From: Heterodontus francisci
Taxonomy: Eukaryota
Direction: 5' to 3'
Assembly: GCF_036365525.1 (NCBI RefSeq)
Contig: NC_090410.1
Location: 7,267,873 to 7,331,872 of the forward strand
DNA: 64,000 bases
Part shown: positions 37,200-50,833 of the stretch, in pieces
Layout: the number at the start of each line of letters is the position of its first letter
How positions within the stretch are numbered: position 1 is the first letter of the stretch
The notes under the pieces: model-generated
What the model saw: the letters and a program-made list of their open reading frames with translations, nothing else
Databases searched by the model: none
Told to the model about the DNA's origin: nothing
Translations under genes and position numbers: made by a program

Positions 37200-38765
37200 A
37201 AGTGAAACATAGAAAATTTACAGCACAGAGGAGGCTGTTCAGACCATCAAGTCGTCAGCGTCAGCTGAGAAAGAGCTACCCAGCCAAATCCCACTTTCCA
37301 GCTTTTGGTCCTTTGGTTAGAGCACATCAAGTGCTTTTTAAATGTGATGAGTGTTTCTGCCCCTGCCACATTTTCACGCAGTGAGTTTCAGGCCTGTACC
37401 CTATTCTGGGTGAAACAATTGCTCCTCAAGTCCCTTCTAATTCTTCTGCCAATTACTTTAAATCTATGCTGTCCACCGGCCCTCCCCCCCCACCCCCTGC
37501 AGTTATTGACCTCTGTGCTAAGGGAAATGAGTTCTTCCTAGCCACTCTAGGCCTCATAATTTTATACAGCTCAGTTAAATCTCCCAGCCTCCTCTGTTCC
37601 AAAGAAAACAATCCCAGCAAGAGTTGCTACATAGAATATACAGTAAAGAAACAAACCTTTCGGCCCAACTAGTCTGTATACGCAATAGAAGTCTCTTCCC
37701 ATTCTATCTGCCTCATCTCAGCCTTTTAGCCTCTCTTTCTTTTCCTTTTCTCTCATGTACTTGTCTAGTTTCCTTTTTGAAAGCATCTCAGCTATTTGCC
37801 TCAACCACTGCCTCTGTTAACAAGTTCCACATTCTCACCACCCTCTGTGTAATGAAATTTCCTTTTATTTCCCTATTGGATTTATTAGTAACACTCTTGG
37901 ATTTATGGCCCCTAGTTTTGGATTCTCCCACCAGCTGAAACATTCTCTCCACATCTACCTGATCCAACCTAATTTGTAATTTTCAAGACCTCTATCAGGA
38001 CTCCTCCAGGTCTTCTCTTATCTAAGGAAGAAAGCCCCAGTCTGTTCAGTCTTTCCGGATAGGAGTAATCACTCAGTTCTTAGCATAACCGGTAAATCTT
38101 TATTGTGCTTTCTCCAGTGCTTCTATACCTTTTTATAGTATGGAGACCAGAACTGTGTACCGTTCTTTAAATGCAGCAAGTTTAAAATAAGTTCACTAGT
38201 TCTGAGTTCTATACCCCTTGAAATAAATCCCAGTGCTCTTAGCAGTTTTAATTGCTTTGCTGACTTGCGATGTTGCTTTTAATAATTTGTTCACCTGCAT
38301 CCTTAGATCCCATTGCGCTTCTACCCCATGCAGTTTATTTTCTAAGGTGTAGGTGATGTTTCTGTTTTATCGACCAAAATGCATCGTCCCACATTTATCT
38401 GCATTAAAGTTTACTTGCCACTCAGTTGCCCAGTTGGCACATTTTCTATCTGAGTAGACACAGAGAGTGTGTTTCCACTTGCGGGAAAGACCAACACTAG
38501 GGGCCAATATAAGACAGTCACCAAAAAATTAAATGGGGAATTCAGAATGAACTACTTTACCCAGAGAATGGTTAGAATGTGGAGGGAGCATTTGAGGTGA
38601 ATAGTAGAGATACATTTAAGGGGAAGCCAGATAAGCATGTGAGGGAGCACGGAATACAGGGTCATGTTGATAGAGTTAGATGAGGAGGGTTGGGTGGAAG
38701 CTCGAGCTGAGCATAAATACTAATATGGACTGATTGGCCTGTTTCTATGCTGTAAATTCTGCATA
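37200..38765. mobile_element. Cluster of old CR1 3' fragments, both orientations
   Basis: Degenerate CR1 tails and RT C-terminal pieces. Confidence 0.5.
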
Positions 38766-39261
38766 ATAAAATCTTTTTGTCATATTTTTAATATCTGGTT
38801 ATTTACTATTCCTTATATATAAACCATCCAAACCGGCATCAGTTCTTTCTCTCCCCCCAACCCCTTGCGCAACCCAAGTGATGTGGCCATTTTATCTTGT
38901 AAGCCACAATATCTATGACCTCCACTGGTGCAGTTCTGCATGTGGATGGAGATAGTTTTTATCTTTCACAGGGGACTGGGATCAAAATTTGTTAGACAGT
39001 GCTCCCGTGAAGTGCCTTGGGATGTCTTACTATGTTAAAGGTGCAATATAAATGCAAGTTGTTGCTGTTTGGGATGTTGCTGATCTTTACTGGGGTTTTG
39101 ACTGGTCTGCTTAGCGGTAGTGTTGTGATGTTCTCCCCACTTTGTTTTGAAGATCCCCATATTCCCACTGTTAGCAGCTGCACATACACTTTAAAGATAT
39201 TCTCCCCTCTTTCCCCAACTGCCCACACCTTGTCTGCCTGACATTCTGTTTTTCCTTTCAG

Positions 39262-39548
39262 TCGTCTAACTCCAGTCGGACCCTCTCCACAAAACCGATC
39301 GAATTTAAATCTCAGCTCGGGTCGGCGTTCTCAGACCAGGACAGACTCAGCCGCCAGAGTTCGAGAGGACAGTCGCTCGGCGTCGCGGGAAAGGAGCAAG
39401 CAGTGGTCAGGGCCCCGAAAGAGGGAAAGGTCCACGTCCAGAGAGAGAAGTGGCCAGTGGTCAACATTCCGTGAGAGGGAACGGTCTTCCTCCAGGGAGA
39501 GCCAGCAAGGAAATCATTGCCGTGTCCCCAGACTGTCTCCCTCTCCAG
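39262..39548 (+). CDS. CCDC61: CCDC61 coding exon 7 (R/S-rich low complexity)
   Basis: tttcag|; RLTPVGPSPQNRS...SRSASRERS...RERSTSRERS...RLSPSP; |gtacag; open frame with consistent phase. Confidence 0.87.
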
Positions 39549-41085
39549 GTACAGCTTATGCTAGAGAAGAAATGCTTGGAAGTCAAGTGAGAAGCATAGA
39601 ATAGTACAGCACAGAAGGAGGCTATTCAGCCCATTGAGTTTACGCTGGCTCTTTCGGAGAGCAATCCAGTTCATCCTGCTGTCCTCTTTTCCCATCCCTG
39701 CCTTTTTATTTCTTCTTCAGGTCAATCCAATTCCCTCTTGAAGGCTACTATTGAATCTGTTTCCACCGCCCTATTAGACAGTGCTTTCCAATTTGTTGCG
39801 TTTTTTAAAAAAAAAAGGTTTCTCCTCATGTTGCCTGTGATTCTTTTGCCAATCACCTTAAATCTGTACCCTCTGATTATCTACCCTTCAGCCATTGGAA
39901 ACCACTTCCCTTTATTTAATCTGTCTAAACCTATTCATGATTTCAATCATCTCTCAAATCTTCTCTTTGCCTTCTCTGCTCTAAGGAGAACAACCCCAGC
40001 TTTTCCAGTCTATCCACATAACTCATCCCTGGAACCATTCACAGTTATTTTTGGTTCAGCATTTTATTAACATCTGCTATATTCTTCGCCCCTACGTGAA
40101 TTATGTGCTTATGAAGGTTAAAGTTAGTGTTAAGATATGAAACACCTTTACCATTTTGGGCATCTAGTGTCTGTTCCAGGCATTTCCCAAGGCCAGGCAT
40201 ACACAACAGGTTAGATGCAGTGGAAATCTCCCTCTCCAGTGCTCCCATCAATGTGTTTCAGTCCTAGCTTCAGAAGAGTGTCACATACTGTACCCATGTG
40301 ACATTTCATCTCCTGTCCTAGGCAATGTGTGACACCTCTAAGCAAGATTACCAGTGAGTGTGTGACTTCTGGCATTAATTGTAATGAAGATGCTGGACCC
40401 CAAGACGCAAATTCAGCCCAGTACAAGCCTTCCTGACTACAATGCCATAAACGTGGAGCCTTGTACATGCGGACTAATAGGATATCCATGCTCCCTGGTC
40501 TCCTGTGCCGTAAATTTCTGTCACTGTACTAATAAATCCAGGAGGGATTGCAGCATAAATATCTTTACCCAGAGAGTGGTGGGAATGTGGAACTCGCTAC
40601 CACAAGGAGTGTAGATAAAAAAAAAAATAGCATAGATGCATTTAAGGGGAAGCTGAATAAACACGAGGGAGAAAGGGATAGAAGAATATGCTGATTAGGG
40701 TGAGATGAAGTGGGGTGGGCGGAGGCTCATTTGGCACAGACAGTTGGGCCGAATGGCCTGTTTCTGTGCTGTTAATCCTGTGTAGTTACATTTTCCCTTG
40801 CACCCCGGAATGATTTATGTACATTTGCAACCGGTACTTGAAACCTTTCAAAACAGTGGCAGCTCTCACGTCTCCTGATTTGTAATTTGCATCTGCCAGG
40901 ATCCCGGAGACCTCTTGGTATCACCAGATCCACCAGCAGAATCTTTGTTTGGGTTTTGTAGATGCAAGTTGCAGTTCGCTTTAAGGCCTGTTACTCTGTA
41001 TCCATGACTCCTCCAAGTGGCCTCGCCTCAAGGGAGGCAAATCTGATAATAGGCTGTTCTCCCTTAATGGCAAAATGCATTAAGA

Positions 41086-41498
41086 CAGCGGTTCTCAAAC
41101 TGGGGTCTGTGGACCTATGGGGGGGGTCTGTAGAGACTTTCTAGCTAAATAATTGAGCGATGGCCGGAAGTGGGTTTGTTGCATGCTTGGAGGCTTGAGC
41201 AGAGGTGCTGCTGCCACGTGTGAAGTACCGAGTGGGCTCGCAATCTCATCAGGAGGGGAGCGTGCATGGAGGAGCATTGAGAGCGCAGGAAAATCACCAG
41301 GTAGACCCACAGTTACCAAGGCTGGCAGTGGGTGCCAGAAGAGTTCAGCTTTGTTTAAACAGCACTTTCATGAGTATTATGTAGTGTTATAATTTAGATG
41401 GGGGGGGGGGGAGGGGGGGTCCGTGATTACTAATCCATTTGGGACGGGATCCTTCAACCAAAAAATAATCATAGAATCATAGAGTTTGAGACTAACTG
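41086..41498. mobile_element. hAT (Charlie-like) non-autonomous DNA transposon
   Basis: TIR CAGCGGTTCTCAAACT ... AGTTTGAGACTAACTG; 8-bp TSD CATTAAGA / CATTAGGA. Confidence 0.7.
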
Positions 41499-41589
41499 CA
41501 TTAGGATGCTCAATGTTAATATGGAACAGAGCTTCAGTGGCAGGGGATAGTCAAACTGCTCTCACTCTCACAGCCTTTATTTTCCTCAG

Positions 41590-41668
41590 GAACCCGACAA
41601 CCCCGCTTTGACCCCACTGCATATGTGCACGACAGGGAACGCAAGCTGAAGGAGGCAGACCAGAGGAA
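41590..41668 (+). CDS. CCDC61: CCDC61 coding exon 8
   Basis: cctcag|; GTRQPRFDPTAYVHDRERKLKEADQR (PRFDPTA motif); |gtaagt. Confidence 0.9.
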
Positions 41669-42533
41669 GTAAGTTACTGAAAGGGGGGGGACTGGTAAAT
41701 AAAATTAAAAAAACACTGTGTTTCATTGAATGACCGGGACCTAGTCTTTACGTAGCAGCTTACAGACAGTCCTGTTGAGTGAGATCACTTTTTACTGTTG
41801 TAGTGATGCAGGTATCTTTTGGTTCTGCATTTCTGTGTTGCTGTAGCTTTGTGAACCTTCAGTTGGGTTGGTTCTAGTCCCTTGCACAGTGCCTGGACTA
41901 TGTGAGGAACACTGGGATTAAATTTTAAACTTAGATTCTTGGAATGGAATGTTCTTATTCTGGTGGACTTCCCATCAGTGGTCAAAGCTATCATCTATTC
42001 CCCTCCCCTCTGCAATCCCCAGGGGTTGCAGTAATTAGAGGGCATTTGATATTATTGCCAGGTTGTGGAAAATCGACTGCATGCTTTCTGTCACAAAAGC
42101 AAAATGCTCCACAAGCTGGAAATCTGAAAAAGAAGAAACTAAGATGCTGAAAATACTCAGCAGGAAAGGCAGCAGCTGTGGAGAGAGAAATAAAGTTAAA
42201 ATTTCAGGTTGATAATTTTCATTAAAATTGAGGTGTTGTTTGAGGGATAAATATTGGCCAGGACACTGGGGAGAACTCCCCTGCTCTTCTCTGAAATAGC
42301 TGCTGTGGAATATTTTATGTCCACCTGGGAGAGCAGGTGAGGTCTTTGTTTAATGTCTCATCAGAAAAACGGCACCTCTGACAGTGCAGCACTCCTTCAG
42401 CACTGCACTGGGATTGTCACCTGGATTCCGTGTTCCAGTCTCGGAACTGAGAGAGTACTGAAACACGTCTCGAGTCCTTTGCTGTATTTTTAAACTGATG
42501 TTCACATTTGCCATGATGCTGTCTCTCGTGCAG

Positions 42534-42670
42534 CTTGAGGAAGATCTACAGGAGCATGAACTGCCTGACCAATGAGGAATGCGGAAGGTCAAAATCCAGA
42601 AACTGCTCCCGGGAAGGCAATGCCAGGAAGATACAAACATGCGGTCAAAGTCGTGCTCGGAGTTCCTCAG
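42534..42670 (+). CDS. CCDC61: CCDC61 coding exon 9
   Basis: gtgcag|; LRKIYRSMNCLTNEECGRSKSRNCSREGNARKIQTCGQSRARSSS; |gtaggg; phases fit both neighbours. Confidence 0.78.
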
Positions 42671-43618
42671 GTAGGGGTTGATCCTGAAAAGCAGTTGAGG
42701 GTGGGTTACATTTGGGGCTGAGCCTGCAATCTGTGCACTGGGCAGAACATTGGAAGATTTTCCTATTGCCAGTTTAGCCAAAGCAAACTGTGTGGTTTTT
42801 AAATTCAGGAAGACTGAGCTGATCAGAATTTTAGAAATTCTGTTAGCTTTTGCAACTTTCATGAAGGACTGGGGAAGACTGAGAAATCTCAACCCACTCC
42901 CATCTGACGGAGTTCTCGTGTGTCTTTTTTTTAAATGTAATGAACAGGGGTTGCCTCAAATGAATCAATAAGGCAATAAGAATGTAACCAAAAACCACAT
43001 TATCCAATCAGCAATGGAAAAGGTGACAACTCTAGTCAGGATCATAAGAATTTGCTGAAATGGGTTACATCAGAGATGCAATTAGATGTTAAATATAACA
43101 TGACGATCCTTGCCTGACAAACCTTCTTGGAAAAGAGTCCCTCAGAGGTCTATGCTTGGAACCCCTATCATCTCTAATGTGCATAAGTTATACGGGTAGC
43201 AAACTGATTGTCAGCTTGTCAGACTTGCTGACAGTCCTAAAATAAGCAGAAGCACAGCAATAGAGGACAGATTGGAGAATATTAAGTTCCCCGCTCTTTG
43301 GAGAAAACTGTTAAAGGGAGGCATCTGATGGAATATTAAATGGTATACAGAAAGTAAACCCAGAATATTATTTATTCAAAATGCAAAGGAGGGACCAGTA
43401 ATTTGCTAGATCTTGCGTTTTGAGTAGGCAAGGAAAGGGGGTGTGTGTTTATCTAGCCTCTTGAGATTTGTGGAAAGGTAGAGAGTGATTGTCATCTTGG
43501 AGTCCATGTGAAGTTAAGCCGCAGAGTGCACGTGTGAAGGGTGTTGTCCCTCAGGTTAAGATGTTTGTTCTGCCCATGTTGGTTGGGATGTTACGTCGTT
43601 GCATCTCCTCCTCTGCAG

Positions 43619-43697
43619 TGGAAAATCACCGAAGCAGATTCTCCTCGGCAAGCTCGGTCAGTGATTTTGAAGACAGCAGAGGACATGCCAAGTGCAG
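43619..43697 (+). CDS. CCDC61: CCDC61 coding exon 10
   Basis: ctgcag|; VENHRSRFSSASSVSDFEDSRGHAKC(R); |gtaagt. Confidence 0.85.
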
Positions 43698-44211
43698 GTA
43701 AGTATTTGACTCGAGGTGGGCAGAGTTGCCACTGGCTATGTTTAGTGAATAGATTTTAATGTTTTCTGATTTGTTGCTTGTTAGATGTTCCAAATTCATC
43801 TGAAATTACTCTCACCACCAGTGATGATCAGCGATTCATCCAGCATTGTGCAGCTTGAATTACTCTCTAAACACAACACGGGTCTGGAGAATTGTACTGC
43901 ACTGGGTTTCTTTTCCAGTTTAACTGAGTATGGTTCACAAGTTTCATCTTGAATCCTAGTGACAACAGTGAAAGCTTTGGATAGAATCCATGCACAGCTC
44001 GTGCTGTGGAGAACTCCGCTGCTGTTCTTGAAATAGTGGCCGAGAGATCTTGTACGTCTACCCCTGAGGGGCCTTAGTTTAATGTCTTGTCTGAAAGACG
44101 GCACCTCTGTGCAGCGTCCCTCAGTAGTGAACTCCACATAGATTTTGAGAAACTTAAACCCATGACCTTGTGATTCTGAAACCAGAGTGCTCTAACTAGA
44201 AGGCCTCTGGT

Positions 44212-45065
44212 CATAGAGTTATACAGCACAGAAACAGGCCCTTCGGCCTATCGTGTCTGTGCCGGCTGTCAAGCACCTATCTATTCTAATCCCATTTTCC
44301 AGCACTTGGCCCATAGCCTTGTATGCTATGGTGTTTCAAGTGCTCGTCTAAGTACTTCTTAAATGTTGTGGTGATTCCTGCCTCTACCACTTCTTCAGGC
44401 AGTGTGTTCCAGATTCCAACCACTTTCTGGGTGAAAATTTTTTTCCTCAAATCCCCTCTAAACCTCCTGTCCCTTACCTTAAATCTACGCCCCCTGGTTA
44501 CCGGCCCCTCCGCTAAGGGAAAACGTTTCTTCCTATCTAACCTATCAATGTCCCTCATAATTTTGTATACCTCTGTCAGGTCCCCTCTCAGCCTTCTCTG
44601 CTCTAAGGAAAACAACCCAAGCCTTTTCAGTCTCTCTTCATAGCTGAAGTGCTCCAGCCCAGGCAACATCCTGGTCAATCTCCTCTGCACCCTCTCCAGT
44701 GCAATCACATCCTTCCTATAGTGTGGTGACCAGAACTGTACACAGTACTCCAGCTGTGGCCTAACTAGCGTTTTATACAGCTCCATCATAACCTCCCTGC
44801 TCTTGTATTCTATGCCTAGGCTGATAAAGGCAAGTATCCCATATGCTTTCCTAACCACCTTATCTACCTGTGCTGCTGCCTTCAGTGATCTGTGGACAAG
44901 TACAGCAAGGTCCCTCTGACCTTCTGTACTTCCTAGGGTCCTACCATCCATTGTATATTCCATTGCCTTGTTAGTCCTCCCAAAATGCATCACCTCACAC
45001 TTCTCAGGATTAAATTCCATTTGCCACTGCTCTGTCCATCTTACCAGCCCATCTATATCGTCCTG
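44212..45065 (-). mobile_element. Young 5'-truncated CR1/HER1 LINE
   Basis: Uninterrupted 262-aa ORF (WQMEFNPEKCEVMHFG...LEYCVQFWSP...GKWD*); possible TSD CTGGT. Confidence 0.92.
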
Positions 45066-45719
45066 GTGTTCCACATAGACTAGTTCTCTACTGTTGTTGT
45101 CATTCTAACAATATCTATATATCAATAACAAAGAATTATATGAGCACACAGACTACAATCAGAGTCTGTAGTGGGATACCCATATCCCAATAGCTGGCAG
45201 GGCCACATTGAGTAAATGTTATACATACAGCTTTCCCAGTGATATGTCATAGAGTTGTACAGCATAGAAACAGGCCCTTCGGCCCACTGCGTCCATGCCG
45301 ACCATGTCTTTCACCTCAAGGAAATTTAGTTGTGGACTAATTTTTTTTTAAAGTTAGATACAGATTACAGGTAACTTTCAAATGGAAATTTGATATGCAT
45401 TTGAAAAACAAAATTGCAAGGCTATGGGGAAAAAGCAGAGAGAATAGGGCTAATTGGATAGCTCATTCAAACAGTACAGGCACGATGGGTTGAATGGCCT
45501 CTTTCTGTGTTGTATGATTCTATGCACCTTGTATAGCTAGCTGGTTGGTCCTAATTCATTTGACAGCTCAGTTTACTTCAAGGTGTGGACTGTAAAGGTG
45601 GCAGATTTAATCACTGAGTCTTGCTTAGTGATGTTGAGGCTTTGCTTATAACTCCAGTGCAATCTGTAATTAGTTTAAAAGAAAATTTTTTTTTTCCTTC
45701 CTACCCCTCCCAACAACAG

Positions 45720-45783
45720 ATTGCAGAGAGGCAGAAGACCTAAACGGCCATTGGTATTGGCTTCCTGGAGCAGTCCGAACTTG
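45720..45783 (+). CDS. CCDC61: CCDC61 coding exon 11
   Basis: caacag|; LQRGRRPKRPLVLASWSSPNL; |gtgagt. Confidence 0.78.
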
Positions 45784-46446
45784 GTGAGTAGATCCTTGGT
45801 CTCTGGAAAACAGGATCCTCACCACTCACATTCCCCATGCCACTTAGCCTGATTTTAGTTCAAGCTTTGTCCTCTGATCATACTATGCTGCCTTCACCCT
45901 TTCTAGATTCCTTCCCTGCACGATGAGAGGAATATCAGAGCTGAGATTTGTGACAGAACTTGAGCTTCTAATAGTAGTTTTCAATATCTCAGGATAGCCC
46001 CCTTTGTGAAGGTCTGAGTTTCACAGCATAGAATAAAAAAGACTTGAATTTATTTAGCGCCTTTCACAATCTCAGGACGTCCCAAAGCGCTTTACAGCCA
46101 ATGAAATACTTCTGAAGTGCAGTCACTGTTGTAACGTGGAAAACGCAGCAGTCAATTTGCACCCTGCAAGATCCCACAAACAGCAGGATGGTAAATGACC
46201 AGATAATCTGTTTTATAGTGATATTGATTGAGGCATAGCACTGGTGCTGATTTATTGTGACAGTTGTAGGTTCCATCTCCTTCCCTGTGCCCTTCCTTCC
46301 CCATCTCTAAGCTTAAAGATTAGGAAATGTGTTGGAATTCGCTGCCTGAAAGGGAGGTGGAAGCAGACTCGATACTTACTTTCAAAGGGGAATTAGATAA
46401 ATACTTGATCCAATGAAATTTTAGCCTCCTTGTTTTGTTTTCCCAG

Positions 46447-46519
46447 CCACAGAGGAAACCAAAACAGAAGCAACGTTTAGCCAGCACCCCAACTAAGCAA
46501 AGCAAAGCATCTGACAAAG
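46447..46519 (+). CDS. CCDC61: CCDC61 coding exon 12
   Basis: tcccag|; PQRKPKQKQRLASTPTKQSKASDK; |gtaagc. Confidence 0.82.
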
Positions 46520-46559
46520 GTAAGCGCATAATACAATTAATCAGTCCCTGCACTTTTAA

Positions 46560-47610
46560 CAACGGTACCAATTTGTATTTATATAGCACCTTTCATGTAA
46601 ACATCCCAGAGTGCTTCATAGGAGCGTTATAAAATAAGACACCGAGCTACATTAAGGAGATATTAGGTCAAATGACCAAAAGCTTGATCAGAGAGGTAGG
46701 TTTTAAGAAGTGTCTTAAAGGGGGAAAGTGAGGTAGAGAGGCAGAAAGGTTTGGGGAGGGAATTGCAGAGCTTAGGACCTAGGCAGCCGAAGGCACGGCC
46801 GCCAATGGTGGAGTGATTAAAACAGGGGATGCTCAAGAGTCCAGAATTATATGAGCACACAGATTGCACAGGGTTGTGGGGCTGGAGGAGATTACAGAGT
46901 TAGGGAGGGGCGAGGCCATGGATGAATTTGAAAACAAGGATGAGAATTTTTTTACATCAACACGTTGCTTGACTGAAAGCCAGAGTAAGTCAGTGAGCAC
47001 AAGGGGGATAGGTGATTGGGGCTTGGTGCGAGTTAGGACACGGGCAGCAAAGTTTTAGATGACCTTAAGTTTATGGAGGGTAGAATGTGGGAGACCAGCC
47101 AGGAGAGCATTGGAATATAGAGTCGAGAAGTATCAAAAGCATGGATGAGGATGTCTGCAGCAAATGAGTTGAGGCAGGAACAAAGTCAGTCAGTACTATA
47201 GAGGGGAAAATAAGTGGTCCGAGTGATGTCACCTATATGAGGTTGGAATCTCATCTTGGGATCAAATATGACGAGTTGCGAACAGACTGGCTTAATCTCA
47301 GACTGTTGCCAGGGAGAGGGATGAAGTCGGTAGCTAGGCAATGGAGTTTGGAGTGGGGACTGAAAACAATGGCTTTAGTCTTCCCAGTATTTAATTGGAG
47401 GAAATTTCTGCTCATCCAGTACTGGATGTCGGATAAGCAGTCTGATAACTAAGCAATAGTGGAGGGGTCGAGAGAGGTGAGGTAGAGCTGAGTGTCATCA
47501 GCGTACATGTGAAAACTAACGCTGTGCTTTTGGATGATGTCGCCGAGGGGCAGCATGTAGAGAAATAGGAGAGGGGCAACAATAGATCCTTGGGGTCACC
47601 AAGGACACCA
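46560..47610 (-). mobile_element. L2 LINE 3' fragment
   Basis: [38 protein letters not shown]; L2 tail. Confidence 0.8.
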
Positions 47611-47987
47611 GAACACGAAAAAAGCATTCAGGGAGTGCCCAAATCATAACAGCGGATGTGTCAGTCTGCCTGGGTCAGGTTATCTAGTGCTGGTCTGTTG
47701 CTAGTTCAAGCTAGATGATGCTATGCCATGTAGCTGAGAGACACTGGCTTTGTGCAACTTAAACCCCTGAGCTCACCCCTACTGCTGCGTGGGAGATACC
47801 TCTTGGAGGGAGGGATAGGGAGAAGGAGTTGTCAGCTGTGCAGTTCAGGTGCAGGTGTGCTGGTCCGTGAGTCTGCAAGGAAAGGAACAAAATTGTATTT
47901 ATGCATTTACTGCAGCTCTGATGCCAAGTTGGATTTCCACAAGATGGAATTATCTAAATGCATAAAAAGCTTTTTTCCCCTCTCCAG

Positions 47988-48082
47988 AAAATTATTTGGA
48001 CTCATGTGACCTATCCGAAATCGATGCCAGGCTCAACGCCTTGCAGGAGTACATGGAAAAGCTGGGCGCACGGACAGAGTGA
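47988..48082 (+). CDS. CCDC61: CCDC61 last coding exon
   Basis: ctccag|; ENYLDSCDLSEIDARLNALQEYMEKLGARTE* (conserved EIDARL.ALQEYM helix). Joined CDS is 1659 nt = 552 aa. Confidence 0.92.
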
Positions 48083-49444
48083 GCTGAGCAGCAGATCCTT
48101 CAGCCAGGCACTGCACCACAAACACATCACCGAGGGGAGGGGTGGGGTAAGACTGTGTGGGAGCAGATGCACAATCTGTCCACAGTGATCACAGTATCTC
48201 CGAGGCCCAAGTCAAAATCAGCAAAGCCGACTTGGACTAAATGGGGCTTCCTTTTCTTGAACCAGATGGAAGACCTGAGCATTGTTCCTTTACTGTAAAT
48301 AGGAATTGTTTTTTTAAAAAGGGATAAGTTTTCTGGACATTGAACAGTGCTACGTCGCCTTAATGTGCTGCTACGCTATTTGATAAACCATGCGTGCGCA
48401 GTTACTGGCCAAGATTCTTCCTGAACACCTACAAGCAGTCAACACAGACTACCATGTCACTGGAGCGTGAGTGGGTCGAGGGTAATGCGTTTCTGAAGAG
48501 TTGACTATCCTGGTCACCCCTTATTTGGAAAGTCAGAACCAGTGGCTGGTGAAAACATTCTGGGATGTTTCAAAGCCTCCCAGTGTTTTTCACTTTAATA
48601 CAAGGTGTGATTCTTTCCCATGTGCTGTATCCTATGCAATATTCTGATGTGCATGTGAAATTATTGAATGCTAGATTCCCCAGTTATGAGTCCACATCTG
48701 ATGTGCATGGGCATTCAAGCCTAAAGGGAAGAAGGCACGCGTGACTGTCCATTCAGTGAAATATTGCGTAGGAAAAGGAGTCAATCATTCAGCCCCCTCA
48801 CTCATTGAGACCACGGCTGATCTGTGACTCCAGAGACCTGCCTTTGCCCCATATCCCTTAATAGCTTTGGTTAACAAAAATCTATCTATCCATAATATCA
48901 TTCCAAATTTTACCCTTTTCTAGTTTCCATTAGTGCCCCCGTTGTCCCATTCTGGCAATTTAAAATAACATTCTGCATTTTTCGTTTCTATTTTCTTTAA
49001 TTTTTTTCTCGTGACTCCGAGATTACCACTTTTCCAGTCAACTCAGCCCTCTGATTGTGAGGATCAGCCACGTCACTCCTCTGCGCTGCCTCCAGCTCTC
49101 GAATGTGTCCTGGTGACCACAGCTGATGCATTCCAGGTGCAGTCTGACCAGTTACTGTGCATTTTGACCAATCAATTCATAATCCCATTTTAAACTTGTT
49201 TTATTCATATTTTTAAATCATTTGAGGTAAACGTAATGAACTGTGGGGAAAAAGGGCTTGACATAATTCATGAGCAAAATGTACGAGTGGATAAATTGTG
49301 TTGCCCTGTAAAAAAATCTAGTTGTGAGTTTTTTTGGGTTGGGACTGCAAGTGCGGGCCTGAGGTGAGTAAAACCTATGACAGTGCCACAGTTCCTGATA
49401 CCATTAGTTGTGTGACATTCTGCTCAATGCTTGCAAACACTATT

Positions 49445-50833
49445 CTTTTGGGCCTCCTCATCTCGAGAGACAATGGATACACGCCTGGAGGTGGTCAGTG
49501 GTTTGTGAAGCAGCGCCTGGAGTGGCTATAAAGGCCAATTCTAGAGTGACAGGCTCTTCCACAGGTGCTGCAGAGAAATTTGTTTGTCGGGGCTGTTGCA
49601 CAGTTGGCTCTCCCCTTGCGCCTCTGTCTTTTTTCCTGCCAACTACTAAGTCTCTTCGACTTGCCACATTTTAGCCCTGACTTTATGGCTGCCCGCCAGC
49701 TCTGGCGAACGCTGGCAACTGACTCCCACGACTTGTGATCAATGTCACAGGATTTCATGTCGCGTTTGCAGACGTCTTTAAAGCAGAGACATGGACGGCC
49801 GATGGGTCTGATACCAGTGGCGAGCTCGCTGTACAATGTGTCTTTGGGGATCCTGCCATCTTCCATGCGGCTCACATGGCCAAGCCATCTCAAGCGCCGC
49901 TGACTCAGTAGTGTGTACAAGCTGGGGATGTTGGCCACCTCGAGGACTTCTGTGTTGGAGATATGGTCCTGCCACCTGATGCCAAGTATTCTCCGGAGGC
50001 AGCGAAGATGGAATGAATTGAGACGTCGCTCTTGGCTGACATACGTTGTCCAGGCCTCGCTGCCATAGAGCAAGGTACTGAGGACACAGGCCTGATACAC
50101 TCGGACTTTTGTGTTCCGGGTCAGTGCGCCATTTTCCCGCACTTTCTTGGCCAGTCTGGACATAGCAGTGGAAGCCTTACCCATGCGCTTGTTGATTTCT
50201 GCATCTAGAGACAGGTTACTGGTGATAGTTGAGCCTAGGTAGGTGAACTCTTGAACCACTTCCAGAGCGTGGTCGCCAATATTGATGGATGGAGCATTTC
50301 TGACGTCCTGCCCCATGATGTTCGTTTTCTTGAGGCTGATGGTTGGGCCAAATTCATTGCAGGCAGCCGCAAACCTGTCGATGAGACTCTGCAGGCACTC
50401 TTCAGTGTGAGATGTTAAAGCAGCATCGTCAGCAAAGAGGAGTTCCCTGATGAGGACTTTCCATACTTTGGACTTCGCTCTTAGACGGGCAAGGTTGAAC
50501 AACCTGCCCCCTGATCTTGTGTGGAGGAAAATTCCTTCTTCAGAGGACTTGAACGCATGTGAAAGCAACAGGGAGAAGAAAATCCCAAAAAGTGTGGGTG
50601 CGAGAACACAGCCCTGTTTCACGCCACTTGGGATAGGAAAGGGCTCTGATGAGGAGCCACCATGTTGAATTGTGCCTTTCATATTGTCATGGAATGAGGT
50701 GATGATACTTAGTAGCTTTGGTGGGCATCCGATCTTTTCTAGTAGTCTGAAGAGACCACGTCTGCTGACTAGGTCAAAGGCCTTGGTGAGATCAATGAAA
50801 GCAATGTAGAGGGGCATCTGTTGGGTTAGGGTT
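49445..50833 (-). mobile_element. Young 5'-truncated RTE (BovB-like clade) LINE with 19-bp TSD
   Basis: Open ORF: AFIDLTKAFD, GVKQGCVLAPTLF, LLFADDAA, C-terminal CSTCGRACHSRIGLYSH; TSD AATGCTTGCAAACACTATT at 49426-49444 and 50834-50852. Confidence 0.95.
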
